Source of the DNA: Macrostomum lignano | Lineage: Eukaryota | Length of the DNA stretch: 64,000 nucleotides | Assembly (NCBI GenBank): GCA_002269645.1 | Contig: NIVC01001178.1 | Coordinates: 248,001-312,000, forward strand | Reading direction: 5' to 3' | Part shown: positions 46,666-59,739 of the stretch, piece after piece | Layout of the letters: each line of letters opens with the position of its first letter | Numbering within the stretch: position 1 is the stretch's first letter | Notes under the pieces: generated by a model | Told to the model about the DNA's origin: nothing | Databases searched by the model: none | What the model saw: only the letters and a program-made list of their open reading frames with translations | Program-made: the position numbers and the translations under genes

Positions 46666-49311
46666 ACCCCGACCGAAAATATTTGTCCTTTCAAAAACAG
46701 TAAGTGTGCCAGTTGTGCCACAAATATGCCCTTTGACAGAGTTATAAATGTCTTTGTATGTCATATTTGGCACACTTGATACAATTGTACCAATTGTGCC
46801 GTAGCTATGCCATTTGGCACAGTTTGTAAATGTCGATGTATGTCCTATTTGGCACACTTGACACAAATAGTATTTTTACTGATAATTGGCCAATGAAACC
46901 AATTGGCACACTTGGCACACTTGCTACAATTGTGCCAGTTTTGCCACAGCTATACCATTTAGCACAGTTATAAATGTCTTTGTATGTCCTATTTGGCACA
47001 CCTGGCACAAATAACCTTTTTATAGCTAATTCCTCTTGGAAACCATTTGGCACACTTGGCGCACTTACTACAAGTGTACCAGTTGTGCCACAGCCATACT
47101 ATTTGACACAGTTATATAACTGTCTTGGACTGTCCTTCTTGGCACACTTGGCACGAATATCCTTTTTATAGCTAATTGGTTATTAAAACAGACTGGCACA
47201 CTTGGCACACTTGCTACAATTGTACCAGTTGTGCCACAGCTATGACATTTGGCACAGTTATATGTCTTTGTCCTTCTTGGCACACTTGGCTCAAATAACC
47301 TTTTTTATTGCTAATTACCTAACAAAACTGTTTGACGCACACCCGGTGCAACTTGCACTGAGGCTGCGACGTCAGTAGCTTCGATTTTGGCAGATGACCG
47401 GCAGGTTTTCACTCCCAACTTGCGGCATGATCTGCTCAGACGCTCGAAAATGGCGCAACCGCGTTTGATTGACGCCATTACAAAAGAACTAAAGCAGCAG
47501 ATCACGCAACATCTCGCCGTCCATCTAGATCAGCTCGTGGACCCAGCCGTCACAGTTGACAACATGCTGGTCGACGACAGTGGAAAGAAATTATACTACG
47601 GTAAGAAATTAATAGTCCTTCATTTATGATCGCGCAAATATCCTATTGTTACTCTCAAACGCTCTTCAATCCTTAAAAAACACCTCTGCAGCCAATCGGT
47701 TTCGCCTTTACGTCCAACGTCGCTCGGACCAGGGTCATGGCCAGTAAGGATATATCAAGAACCAACGACTCCGGCCAACCTCAATGCACTTCTCCGCGAG
47801 ATGGTGCGGGGGTGCTTCAGCGACGACGAGATTTTGGTAACGTCGTTGAGCGGTCGCGCTACTGAGCCTGGTCGGCCACGCCTGCTACCTGGCTGGAATC
47901 GACATCCCAACCAATGAAAGCGATTGAAAAGGCCTACGTCCGATGCTCCATCACCGTCAGTCGGCGTGAAAAGCAATCCGGACGTTTGCCTGTAAAGAAA
48001 CTTCGTCAAGGTGCGGCTGCCAATGTCACTGACACTGTGCAGTCGGAGGCGGCTAATGCACTCGCGAGGACTGAGCGCGGGATATCTGCTGTTGCATCTA
48101 GCAAAACTAAACTTGTTTGGCAGATGCGGGACCCGTCTAGCTTGGTCTGTCTCCCTCATGTTTCTGGTTTTGTTTTCCCCTGGAAATATGCTCTTTTCCA
48201 CATAAAGTAACCAACTACATTACTATAGTTAGTTCCAGACTCGTAAATTACAATAGCACCAGGAATCAGACTTGTTGTCTAACTAGAAAAGTATAGGGGA
48301 ACAGAGGTATTGGAGTTGGTTTCACTAATTGCTTGTTTTTTATCTAGTTGTTTGTTTGTGCTTTTTAAATTAATACATTAGATGTATACATGTTGTTACA
48401 TTAAAATCCTGTGCCACGTGTAGTCGACTCAGTAGTTAATTTGTTACATTGCATGTTTTAGTTTCAAATGTATTAGAAGTGTAAACTCTTTGGCTGGCAC
48501 CACAATTTTCATGCACCGCGCTTTTTAATTACGTTGTTTTTTGTTTCCTGTCCAATGTCCGCTGTCTGTTATGTTTCTTTCCGTTAACTTCTAGTATGCA
48601 TTTTTTAATTCCGCAGCCTCCCCTTTTTCCTGTTTTATACATGTTTTTTGTCCTATTTGCTACTTCCCATTAAATATATACGTATTTATGCAACATCCCT
48701 TTTTCCAACTGTTTTAAATCTGTTTATGTTCGCGCTCAACATTATTTTAAAGTTTAATTTACATTGACAACTCTTTTCAATTTGTCTTCCCTCATTTAAA
48801 CATGAGAAGGACCTCTCGCAAATCTTAGCTACTTCATACACTTCATAACTCGTAGTTGACTAACGGGTCAACTATAACAGCATCAGATAGCATATTATGT
48901 GCTTAGTTCAACTGCTTTAAACTGCAATTCACTCGTCTGGAGAATTTACGCCAAATGGCACAGTACGCGCTAGTTTAACTGCTTCTAGCTGCACATTTAC
49001 TCGTATGGTGCCAAATGGTCCATTTATGGCACAGTTGTGCACAATTATAAGCACTCAAAAATAGCTGAGACAACTGGCACAGTTGTGGCACAGTTGTGGC
49101 ACAGCAGTGCACAATTAAAAATTTGATTCTTAATTGTGTCACATGTGCCAATTGGCACAGCTTGGCACAGTTATATTTGTGCCAAGCTGTGCCACCAATT
49201 GTCGATTCTCACAAATTTCGTGTCGTTTCGACAGTTATTTTGGGATTCCCCCCAATTCATTTTTTATGTGCTATTTGACGCATTTAAAGAACAATTATTT
49301 CCGGTCGGGAC
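46666..49311. mobile_element. ~2.6-kb TIR DNA transposon with dense TGGCACA/TGTGCCA subterminal repeats (CMC/EnSpm-like is an inference)
   Basis: ~30-bp imperfect TIR CCCGACCGAAAATATTTGTCCTTTCAAA / TTTAAAGAACAATTATTTCCGGTCGGG. Motif arrays at about 46700-47300 and 48950-49200. TSD unresolved. Confidence 0.7.
47450..48210 (+). pseudogene. Two-exon, frameshifted BEN-domain-like gene inside the TIR element
   Basis: Exon 47450-47600 (MAQPRLIDAITKELK...GKKLYY, GTAAG donor) joins exon from 47733: GSWPVRIYQEPTTPANLNALLREMVRGCFSDDEILVTSLSGRATEPGRPRL. A frameshift near 47885-47900 leads to ...QPMKAIEKAYV. The pattern resembles BEN consensus LLR..F.DEEL..SL.G....P.L....AI. Confidence 0.5.
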
Positions 49312-49493
49312 ATGCACAGTTCACTGTGTGCACCACACTGCAGCACAACGGCCAGGTAATAAAAATTGCATCTGATGCATAAGGTTAGCGATGCATCAGA
49401 CATCAAATATTTCTGCATCTAACAGGAAAAAAATTCCCAAGAAAAATATAATCAACCAATTCATATCAGTTTATAAGTACACATTGACGAGTT

Positions 49494-52400
49494 TTAGTCC
49501 AAGAACACTAAAAGAAGTTTTGCCGCACTTAAAGCATCAAATGTTAGCGGCAAATTTAAGAGTTCTTGAATTCCTTCGCAGCGATCTTTAGGAAGACAGG
49601 CAGCCACTTGGTTGGCTGAATCACTGATCAGCTCGTTGAGAAGATCGCTAGCGACAACCAGATCGTGAGCGACTAGCCAATTTTGGACAACTTTGGTATC
49701 TTTAGCTTTACCAATCCATTGATTTAAGCGACGTCGAAAAATGAACGATAGAAGGTCAAACCACTTTGGAATGTTCAGACCGCTGTGCGCCAGCAGTAGT
49801 GACTGTAATAAAAGTTAATTGGATCAGTGGTAATAATGATCATATTCGCAGAAGAGCTGTAGGCACCCTTGGCCTAACGCCTTCGGCGACATCATCCTAC
49901 AACCAGCGTCAACGTTATTTCTGAACATTCCGTTCACTTCTTGAGCACACACAAGCGCGCCAATACTGTACACATTAACCAGTCAGGCTCATTGGGAAAT
50001 AGCTGAGATGTCAAGACTTATGAAGAGATTGCTGAACTGCTGTGGCTCATGGTGGGGAGTTGCTGAGATGCCAAGAGTCAATTGGGAGTTGTTGGTAGGT
50101 TACACATTAATTTCCTTAGAATGCTAACGATAGCGACTGTAAAAGATCAAAAGCCGCATGTATAGTTTATCCCAAAAACTTGCTAGTTTTCCACTAGAAA
50201 GCAACACACCTGAGCGGCCTCATCAAAGCCTGGCGTATCTCGAACGTCGCTCAGGGATTGTAAAACGTCAGTTAAATCAATCAACAATCGGTCATGACAA
50301 TGTCGAGCATTGCATGCGTTGAACCAATTGTGATTGATGCTGATGCAGGCTTCCAAATTAGCCACTTGATGATGCCAGCCGGATGGGACAAACAAAACGT
50401 CTCCTGGCTCTTGTAGCAACCGGATCCCGGATAGACTTGAGAGCGTTTCACTGCTGCACTCTCCCAGATCCCAGGGCAAACGGTTTCTACAGAGCAGCTT
50501 TTTCTCTTGACCTGGCGGTAGCAGAATCCACAGCTTCCTGCCTGCAATGTTGGCCGACCAACTGTAGGAACCGAACACGTCGCAGTGAAATGGCGTCCTG
50601 AAGTATTTAAGCCAGAATTGTTTCTTTAAGTGAATCGATAACTCATTTCCCATAACAGTTAATATGGTACTTCTTAAGGATTTGAGAGCAATTCACTAAA
50701 ATTAAAAAATCTTCTTCACAAGATTTGAATCGAATGTGGTTTGATAGAAAATTTCAGAATCTTAGTTCTTTTAGTGATTCTCAAGAGTGCTCAGTTTTGA
50801 TTCTCAAGTCCTCAAGAGAGTGCTCAAGAGTGATTCTGAAGAGTGCTCAATATAGTGATTCTCAAGAGTGCTTGATAGAGATTTTAAAAAGTGCTCAATA
50901 GCGATTCTCTAGAATGCTCAATAGTGATTTCAAGAGTGCTCAATAGTGATTTCAAGAGTGCTCAATAGATATTCTCAAGAGTGCTCAATATAGTGATTCT
51001 CAAGAGTGCTCAATAGATATTCTCAAGAGTGCTTAATAGAGATTCTCAAGAGTGCTCAATAGAGATTTTCAAGAGTGCTCAATAAAGATTCTCAAGGCTG
51101 CTCAATAGAGATTCTCAAGAGTGCTTAATAGATATTCTCAAGAGTGCTTAATAAAGATTCTCAAGAGTTCTCAATAGAGATTCTCAAGAGGGCTCAATAG
51201 AGTGATTCTCTCAAGAGTGCTCAATAGAGATTCTCAAGAGTGCTCAATAGATATTCTCAAGAGTACTCAATAGAGATTCTCAAGAGTGCTCAATAGAGAT
51301 TCTCAAGAGTGCTCAATAGAGATTCTCAAGAGTTCTCAATAGCGATTCTCAAGAGTGCTCAATAAAGATTCTCAAGGCTGCTCAATAGATATTCTCAAGA
51401 GTGCTCAATAGAGATTTTCAAGAGTGCTCAATATAGATTCTCAAGAGTACTCAATAGCGATTCGCAAGAGTGCTCAATAGAGATTCTCAAGAGTGCTCAA
51501 TAGAGATTCTCAAGAGTGCTCAATAGAGATTCTCAAGAGTGCTCAATAGAGATTCTCAAGAGTTCTCAATAGCGATTCTCAAGAGTACTCAATAAAGATT
51601 CTCAAGGCTGCTCAATAGATATTCTCAAGAGTGCTCAATAGAGATTTTCAAGAGTGCTCAATATAGATTCTCAAGAGTACTCAATAGCGATTCGCAAGAG
51701 TGCTCAATAGAGATCTTCAAGAGTGCTCAATAGAGATTCTCAAGAGTGCTCATTAGAGATTTTCAAGAGTGCTCAATAGAGATTCTCAAGAGTTCTCAAT
51801 AGCGATTCTCAAGATTGCTCAATAGATATTCTCAAGAGTGCTCAATAGAGATTCTCAAGAGTGCTCAATAGAGATTCTCAAGAGTGTTCAATAGTGATTC
51901 TCTGGTGTGATCAACAGTGATTATGAAGAGAGATTAATCACGTTTCAATATGCTTTTTTGATGCTTCAAAATTACAGTAAGAACGGATCGACAAATGCAT
52001 CTGTTTGGTTTTCGAAGAATTTGAAAAAGAACGATTTTTTAATGATTTTAAAACAACCAATAAGTCAAACTCGGTCTCACCAAGAGTGCTGAGGTCCCAG
52101 GTACACAAACCGATAGTCGCTATCAGTCTGGTCTAGACAATATTCATTCAGCCAATCAGATGTGAAACAGTCTGGCACTGTGTAGGCGCGATAATCTGGA
52201 TATAGCAATTGAAAATGCCAATCCTTCAAATACAGAATTTGATTATGCTTTGCAGTTGCTTCTCCGAACTGCGAACTACTAATAGCTGACCAATATTCGC
52301 CAAAATAATCACTGGCCGACATGCGAATCACTGGGTGACTGTCGCATTCTTCTCGATTGCACTGCGATACGGGCAGATTTTGGCTGTCTGAAGTTCCAAT

Positions 52401-55246
52401 TGAAACAGTTAAGATTTTTTAAAGATTTCGAAAGATCTCAAAGATCTCTAGATGCGCGGCGCATTGAAGGCTGCGTACGGCTGTTCAGTCCAAGGACTGC
52501 TGGGGGTCGCCACACAGCCTCAATTACCCCAGCTAATGCTGGCACCCATTTTACAGCTGGGTGAACTGAAGCAATGCAGAGTTAGGTGTCCTACTTAAGG
52601 ACACAAATTTTTTCGAGTGGATCGCGAAACCGTGAGTCCGATGCTAATAGGACTAATAGGACAAGAATCACTCGCACACAGGGGCGTCGCCATGGATTTT
52701 ATGGTGGGGGGACAAAGCCAATAATTATACATGTACATGACTAAATTCTTGTATATGTACATTATTTTCAGAATCGGTGTTGTAGGCACTCATTTTAGCG
52801 CCGCAGGCACTCATTTTAGCGCCGCAGGCACTCATTTTAGCGCCGCAGGCACTCATTTTAGCGTCGCAGGCACTTATTTTAGCGTCGCAGGCACTCATTT
52901 TAGCGCCGCAGGCACTCATTTTAGCGTCGCAGGCACTCATTTTAGCGCCGCAGGAACTCATTTTAGCGTCGCAGGCACTCATTTTAGCGTCGCAGGCACT
53001 CATTTTAGCGTCGCAGGCACTCATTTTAGCGCCGCAGGCACTCATTTTAGCGCCGCAGGCACTCATTTTAGCGTCGCAGGCACTCATTTTAGCGTCGCAG
53101 GCACTCATTTTAGCGTCGCAGGCACTCATTTTAGCGCCGCAGGCACTCATTTTAGCGCCGCAGGCACTCATTTTAGCGTCGCAGGCACTCATTTTAGCGT
53201 CGCAGGCACTCATTTTAGCGTCGCAGGCACTCATTTTAGCGCCGCAGGCACTCATTTTAGCGCCGCAGGCACTCATTTTAGCGCCGCAGGCACTCATTTT
53301 AGCGTCGCAGGCACTCATTTTAGCGTCGCAGGCACTCATTTTAGCGTCGCAGGCACTCATTTTAGCGCCGCAGGCACTCATTTTAGCGCCGCAGGCACTC
53401 ATTTTAGCGTCGCAGGCACTCATTTTAGCGTCGCAGGCACTCATTTTAGCGTCGCAGGCACTCATTTTAGCGCCGCAGGCACTCATTTTAGCGCCGCAGG
53501 CACTCATTTTAGCGCCGCAGGCACTCATTTTAGCGCCACAGGCACTCATTTTAGCGCCGCAGGCACTCATTTTAGCGCCGCAGGCACTCATTTTAGCGCC
53601 GCAGGCACTCATTTTAGCGCCACAGGCACTCATTTTAGCGTCGCAGGCACTCATTTTAGCGTCGCAGGCACTCATTTTAGCGCCACAGGCACTCATTTTA
53701 GCGCCGCAGGCACTCATTTTAGCGTCGCAGGCACTCATTTTAGCGTCGCAGGCACTCATTTTAGCGTCGCAGGCACTCATTTTAGCGCCACAGGCACTCA
53801 TTTTAGCGTCGCAGGCACTCATTTTAGCGCCACAGGCACTCATTTTAGCGCCGCAGGCACTCATTTTGGCGCCACAGGCACTCATTTTAGAACCGCAGGC
53901 ACTCATTTTAGCGCCGCAGGCACTCATTTTAGCGCCGCAGGCACTCATTTTGGCGCCACAGGCACTCATTTTAGCGCCGCAGGCACTCATTTTAGCGTCG
54001 CAGGCACTCATTTTAGCGCCGCAGGCACTCATTTTAGCGCCTCAGGCACTCATTTTAGCGCCGCAGGCACTCATTTTGGCGCCACAGGCACTCATTTTAG
54101 CGCCGCAGGCACTCATTTTAGTGCCGCAGGCACTCATTTTAGCGTCGCAGGCACTCATTTTAGCGTCGCAGGCACTCATTTTAGCGCCGCAGGCACTCAT
54201 TTTAGCGCCGCAGGCACTCATTTTAGCGTCGCAGGCACTCATTTTAGCGTCGCAGGCACTCATTTTAGCGTCGCAGGCACTCATTTTAGCGCCGCAGGCA
54301 CTCATTTTAGCGCCGCAGGCACTCATTTTAGCGCCGCAGGCACTCATTTTAGCGTCGCAGGCACTCATTTTAGCGCCGCAGGCACTCATTTTAGCGCCGC
54401 AGGCACTCATTTTAGCGTCGCAGGCACTCATTTTAGCGTCGCAGGCACTCATTTTAGCGTCGCAGGCACTCATTTTAGCGCCGCAGGCACTCATTTTAGC
54501 GTCGCAGGCACTCATTTTGGCGCCACAGGCACTCATTTTAGCGCCGCAGGCACTCATTTTGGCGCCACAGGCACTCATTTTGGCGCCGCAGGCACCCATT
54601 TTGGCGCCACAGGCACTCTGTTTTGTCGCCCTGCAGCAAAATTATTGATTTCCATAACGGGTCACAAGGTGGGGTTGGGAAGAATTGGCAATTTGGAAGG
54701 GGACATGTCCCCCCTGTCCCCCTCCCATTGGCGACGCTTCTCGCACACCCAAAGACGCAGTCACCACAATATATCAGATATATCTGAAGGTACCTAAAAT
54801 CATGTCATAGAGCCATACATTTTTCAGTCATAGTCCTGCAATGTAGTTTTAAACAAGCCAAACTTTACCTTTGCACAGACGCCACAGGAAGCCGTAATTC
54901 ACTGAGCCATCCGAGTTAATCCAGTCAGTTCGAGCTGGCCAACCGGTCGTGGCAAAACGTTTTAACAAAACCGGTTGATTTGCGTGTAAATATCTGCAGT
55001 GAATCAGCAGTTTATATACGAAGTTCTTTAGTTAGTCAAAAATGGTTTAAGGGGGTGTAGTTACATGTACAAGGAGCAATGGACAGTGATTATTTCTAAC
55101 TTTCTACCCTTTCAATTGCATAAAAAAGCATCTACAAACCTGCGATAAATCTCCTTCGGATCACACTCCTCAGTTAAAACCGTCACGGGCAGTTCCTCTC
55201 CGAGTTGTAGTTTCTCAAACCTCGCAACTCGATCGGCAGAATCCAT
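49494..55246 (-). CDS. JMJD4: 2-oxoglutarate/Fe-dependent JmjC oxygenase JMJD4 (about 411 aa, 5 exons)
   Basis: Phase-consistent exons 55246-55140, 54993-54869, 52387-52081, 50597-50210, 49802-49494. Motifs LYLKDWH, SDWLNE, DYRFVYLGP..SWTPFHCDVFGSYSWSANIAGRKLW, FVPSGWHHQV.N....SINHNW. Confidence 0.93.
50785..51900. repeat. 23-bp minisatellite (AGATTCTCAAGAGTGCTCAATAG)n, JMJD4 intron 3
   Basis: Direct periodicity. Confidence 0.94.
52470..52640. mobile_element. CORE-type SINE fragment (copy 1)
   Basis: CCCATTTTACAGCTGGGTGAACTGAAGCAATGCAGAGTTAGGTGTCCTACTTAAGGACACA resembles the MIR/CORE block. A second copy lies at 63.7 kb. Confidence 0.65.
52679..54739. mobile_element. hAT-like MITE expanded to 2.06 kb by an internal 21-bp satellite
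   Basis: Ends CAGGGGCGTCGCCA / TGGCGACGCTT. Perfect 8-bp TSD CTCGCACA (52671-52678, 54740-54747). Confidence 0.8.
52785..54615. repeat. 21-bp satellite (GGCACTCATTTTAGCGCCGCA)n, about 87 copies
   Basis: 7-aa periodic ORFs are artefacts. The unit is identical to the array at 8313-8437. Confidence 0.96.
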
Positions 55247-55847
55247 CTCATTAAAATATGATTGTGTTTTGTTATTGAATTTCAACTTCTTGTAGTCGTC
55301 TCTGAAATAAGATGTACTTTTAAGCTTCTGAAAGTCATACAGACGGAACGCGTTATCAATTCAACTTTTTTCCTAGTTTGAAATAGTTAAGCTACAGAAC
55401 AGCCGACAATGTGCCTGTATGCCCATAATGTAGGACTTTTAAAAAAGAAACTTTAATGTCAAAACCTTCTAGCCTAGGAAAAACTAATTGCATACCAATA
55501 CAGACGTACAAAGGATGTGAGAGTTAAAACTCTTTGAACTTCTCTCAATATTCGCGGTGTCCAGCGTTAAAAGGTTCTGCAAATACGTATTTCCGTATAT
55601 ATATATACCTGTGTAAGCATTTTTAAGTGAATTTTGCGAATCGGCTTTACTTTTAAGACGATATCCCTAATAGTATTTAACCTATGCAGGAATGTTCACT
55701 GTCGACACTCAAAAACCTAACCAAGGACGTTTCGCTTACACCAGCTCGAAAGTTCACATTTACGAAATCGTGAAGATTTGTGAGCTAGCGGAAATGACTA
55801 TGTAGCAACACGTTTCGGTGATGTGAAATTTGGAGCTTTTGAAATAT

Positions 55848-56126
55848 CGAGCTTGTGAAGTCTCGAGCTTGTGAAGTCTCGAGCTTATGAAGTCTCGAGT
55901 TTGTGAAGTCTCGAGCTTATGAAGTCTCGAGTTTGTGAAGTCTCGAGCTTGTGAAGTCTCGAGCTTGTGAAGTCTCGAGCTTGTGAAGTCTCGAGCTTGT
56001 GAAGTCTCGAGCTTATGAAGTCTCGAGTTTGTGAAGTCTCGAGTTTGTGAAGTCTCGAGTTTGTGAAGTCTCGAGTTTGTGAAGTCTCGAGCTTGTGAAG
56101 TCTCGAGCTTGTGAAGTCTCGAGCTT
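55848..56126. repeat. 16-bp minisatellite (TCGAGCTTGTGAAGTC)n between NUDT8 and JMJD4
   Basis: Direct periodicity. Confidence 0.94.
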
Positions 56127-56603
56127 ACAATATGAAACGCCCACTATTCAAGGATCACTAGGAAGTCTCATAATCCCAGCCAGAACACCAGATACTAAGA
56201 CCGTACACCCGGCATCATATCCTGATCAACCTCTTTTTTAAGATATGCTCGCAGATTAAATTTTAGTAAAACACTTTCAGAAAACCAAAAAGTGATTGCT
56301 TTACCTATGGCAGTTTTGGCCAATAAAAAACCAACATATATTTTTATTTAACATTGAATCGAAAATAAATTTAGAACAGACAATCGAAATAAGTATGCAA
56401 ATAAAATATAATTAAAAGAACTAACTGTGTACCAGATAAGAGACAATCAAGGAACTGAAAAAGCGCAATACAAGTTAAAACAAAAAAATCTACATTTCAT
56501 GGCGCACAAAATGATACATCAAAATAGAAAAACTCTATTGAATAAAATAGTGCTAAAATAGGGCTATAGTACTTATAGTAAAGCAGCAAAGTTAAAAGGA
56601 TGT

Positions 56604-58822
56604 CTAAGAGCCAACCAATGGTTTTGACTTTTTCAAAACAGCTTCACCTTCAATTTGCATTCGGTTGAGCCGCTGAGGGAATTCCGGCCCCAGCAATAAT
56701 CGCAGGGCAACAAAAGTGAAAACAGCGGTCAGACCCCAGATCCTGGGCAGCTGATCCCTGAGAACAGGCACTGCGTACCGACCATAACCTGGCCTGTCAA
56801 ATACTGTGTAGCCCCAGGCACCCGGCTTGTCCAACAGGTGTTCCAGCGATCGAAACAGAACAAGCGACACCTCATCAGGATTTGCTCTCAGCTCACTTAG
56901 GCTGGCCAATTCACCGCAGTATCCGATCACAGGTGTGACTGCGAATTTGGCAGATGTCTGAAATTGCATAGGGCTAGTTTAGATTAGATTAGATCGGATC
57001 AGATTAGATGAGATTAGATAAGATCAGGTCAGATCAGATTAGATTAAATCAGAGTAGATTAGATTAGATTAGATTATATTATATAAGATTAGATCAGAGT
57101 AGATTCGATTCGATTAGATAAGATTAGCTCAGATCAGAGTAGATTCGATTCGATTAGATAAGATTAACTCAGACCAGATTAGATTAGATCGGAGTAGAAT
57201 AGATTAGATCAGAGTAGATTAGATTAGATTAGACTAAACCAGAGTAGATTAAATTAGATTAGATCATATTATATAAGATTAGATCAGAGTAGATTCGATT
57301 CGATTAGATCAGATTAGCTCAGAGTAGATTAGATTAGATCAGAGTAGATTTGATTAGATCAGATTAGAGTAGATTAGATTGGATTAGATCAGATTAGCTC
57401 AGATCAGATTAGATTAGATCAGAGTAGATTTTATTAGATTAGATAAGAGTAGATTAGATTAGATCAGAGTAGATTTGATTGATTAGATTAGATTAGATAA
57501 GAGTAGATTAGATTAGATAAGAGTAGATTAGTTCAGATTAGAGTAGATTAGATTAGATCAGATTAGAGTAGATTAGATTACATTCGATTAGAATTTCTTT
57601 TTTACAAACACATTCAATAGGAACTTCAGCGTTAAAAACATTTTATTCTTTAATGAAACTAAGAATAATGACTATTCAAGGCTTTATACAAGCACACTAT
57701 GAACTTTTATTTAATTTACCCTTTTTTAGCTGACAGATAAAAGATTGCTAGTTCAATCAATAATCTACACTAATAACAGTAAGTATATCCCCAGGCAGCA
57801 ACTATCAACAGTCAAGCAATATTGTACAAATCAACAGTTTCTCACAGTATGCGACCGATGGGCACCCCAAACGTCGACCCGACCAGCCGACAAGCCAATC
57901 TCCTCTTCGGCCTCCCTCAGAGCTGTCGCAGCCGCCCAGCTCAACTCAAGGTCGGAGTCGCAGTCCCTTCCGGTGGAGTTTAATTCGCGCACACCGCCAG
58001 GGAAGCTGACCTACAATGCAGTGTAGCGCAATTTGATTTATAGGTCTGCGGCGCAGCGGTATCGCGTCTGTCTTCGGTTCAGGAGGACCCGGGTTCGATC
58101 CCTGGTCCTACTTGCAATAATTTTAGGAAAAATATTTTTTTAATAAAAAAACTCGTATTATTACTACTAGTAGAGTATTAAAAATATTTTCTTGTTAATT
58201 ATTTATCATATTATTTTATATATTTTTTATTATGAGTAGAGTATTCAATAAATTTTCATTATTACTTTTTTGGTGCATGTAATATTTCGCCATTTCTACT
58301 GTTTAGTAGAGTGTCGAGGAAAGGCTATGTGTAGAAATATCGATATTTATTTAATTTTAACATGTACACAATGATTTAATCAGACTTTGCTACTTAGAAA
58401 CAATCCTTATTAAAAATGGGTGCCAGAATTAGCTGTGGCAATTGAATGTGTATGTAGCGACCCCCATCTGACCCATTAGGGCCGGTGTAATCAATTATTA
58501 TTATTATTATTATTATGCCAATCAATTTTGCCAGCTAGCTGCCTACCTGCCCACTGTGGCTCCTGAGCTGGCCGGAACGCACGGTGTACAGGAGCCCGGG
58601 TCCGACGTCCTTCAGCACGCAGAACGGCACCAACACGCTGGCCTGTCGATGATCTGCGGAAGCTGGGACGGACACTGGATGAGGCAGCCGCTGAGCCTGC
58701 TTCTGCAGAGCTTCAATGCAGCGTAGGCGGTTGGCACCTTCGAACAGGTGGCAGCGATGCATGCGGCTGAAGGGCGGGGGAGTGTCTTGAGAGACCTCTG
58801 GGGCATCTGGCCTAAGGGACAT
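56604..58822 (-). CDS. NUDT8: Nudix hydrolase, CoA-pyrophosphatase (PCD1/NUDT7/NUDT8) type, most like NUDT8 (about 264 aa, 3 exons)
   Basis: Exons 58822-58547, 58010-57846, 56957-56604, all phase 0. ASVLVP, LLYTVRS.QLRSHSGQVSFPGG, Nudix box ALREAEEEIGL, VTPVIG, EV..V....L..L, IWGLTA. Confidence 0.85.
56977..57590. repeat. (AGATT)n-based compound repeat, NUDT8 intron 2
   Basis: Pentanucleotide periodicity. Confidence 0.9.
58041..58110 (+). tRNA. tRNA-Arg(TCG)-like pseudogene or SINE head in NUDT8 intron 1
   Basis: A-box-like CGGCGCAGCGG, anticodon arm TCTGT-CTTCGGT-TCAGG, T arm CCGGG-TTCGATC-CCTGG. The acceptor stem is poorly paired. Confidence 0.5.
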
Positions 58823-58871
58823 GCCAATTACGCTTTGTATGCAACTAAGGCTTGAGACTTGGGATTCAAAG

Positions 58872-59255
58872 TGTGATTCTTAGAAAAGCAGTGTGATTCT
58901 TAGGATATTCAGTGTGATTCTTAGAAAGTCAGAGTTTGATTCTTAGAAAACCAGGGTGTGATTCTTAGAAAACCAGGGTGTGATTCTTAGAATTTGCAGT
59001 GTGATTCTTAGAATTATGCAGTGTGATTCTTAGAATATGCAGTGTGATTCTTAGAAAACCAGGGTGTGATTCTTAGAATTTGCAGTGTGATTCTTAGAAT
59101 TATGCAGTGTGATTCTTAGAATATGCAGTGTGATTCTTAGAATATGCAGTGTGATTCTTAGAACATTCAGTGTGATTCTTAGAACATTCAGTGTGATTCT
59201 TAGAACATTCAGTGTGATTCTTAGAACATTCAGTGTGATTCTCAGAACATCAAGT
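58872..59255. repeat. 21-bp minisatellite (CAGTGTGATTCTTAGAATATG)n between RPE and NUDT8
   Basis: Direct periodicity. Confidence 0.92.
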
Positions 59256-59739
59256 TTGATTCTTATTATCTTAAATAACTCTCAGACTATTTGAATAGAT
59301 TTCTTACAAAACTTTTAAAAGCGTGATTCTTAGAATACACTTGGCTTCCTAAAAAATGATTAAGATTCAAAAATGATAAATTGGTATTCTTTAAGTACAA
59401 GCATTTTTTATTTCAAAATAGATCTTATTAGTACTAATTTATTACTATAAATTAAAATTCTTAGAATAAAACTCTTCAAGATATTAAAAAAATAAACGTA
59501 CAACTGGATTAGGACTTTAAAAAGCTTAATTTTTTAAAGTTTAATTTTAACACATTATAATAAGAAACAAGAAATTTTCATAATTGAAATTTTATCAAAT
59601 AATTTCACGTAAGTTTCATTTCTAATAATTCATAAAGCCTAAAATGCACTACAAAAATGGTTGGAAATCGCATTGCACTACAAATACCATACGAGCCTAT
59701 AACCAAGTTAATCAACGATAAAAAGTTATTTTCTATTTT

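Noticed and set aside
52725-54797. Long periodic ORFs (also 479-1054, 12699-13687, 17664-18146, 27740-28075, 30363-30992, 33581-35318, 35411-35894, 60181-60890)
   Set aside because: They are translations of tandem repeats lying in introns or intergenic DNA, open in several frames and on both strands.
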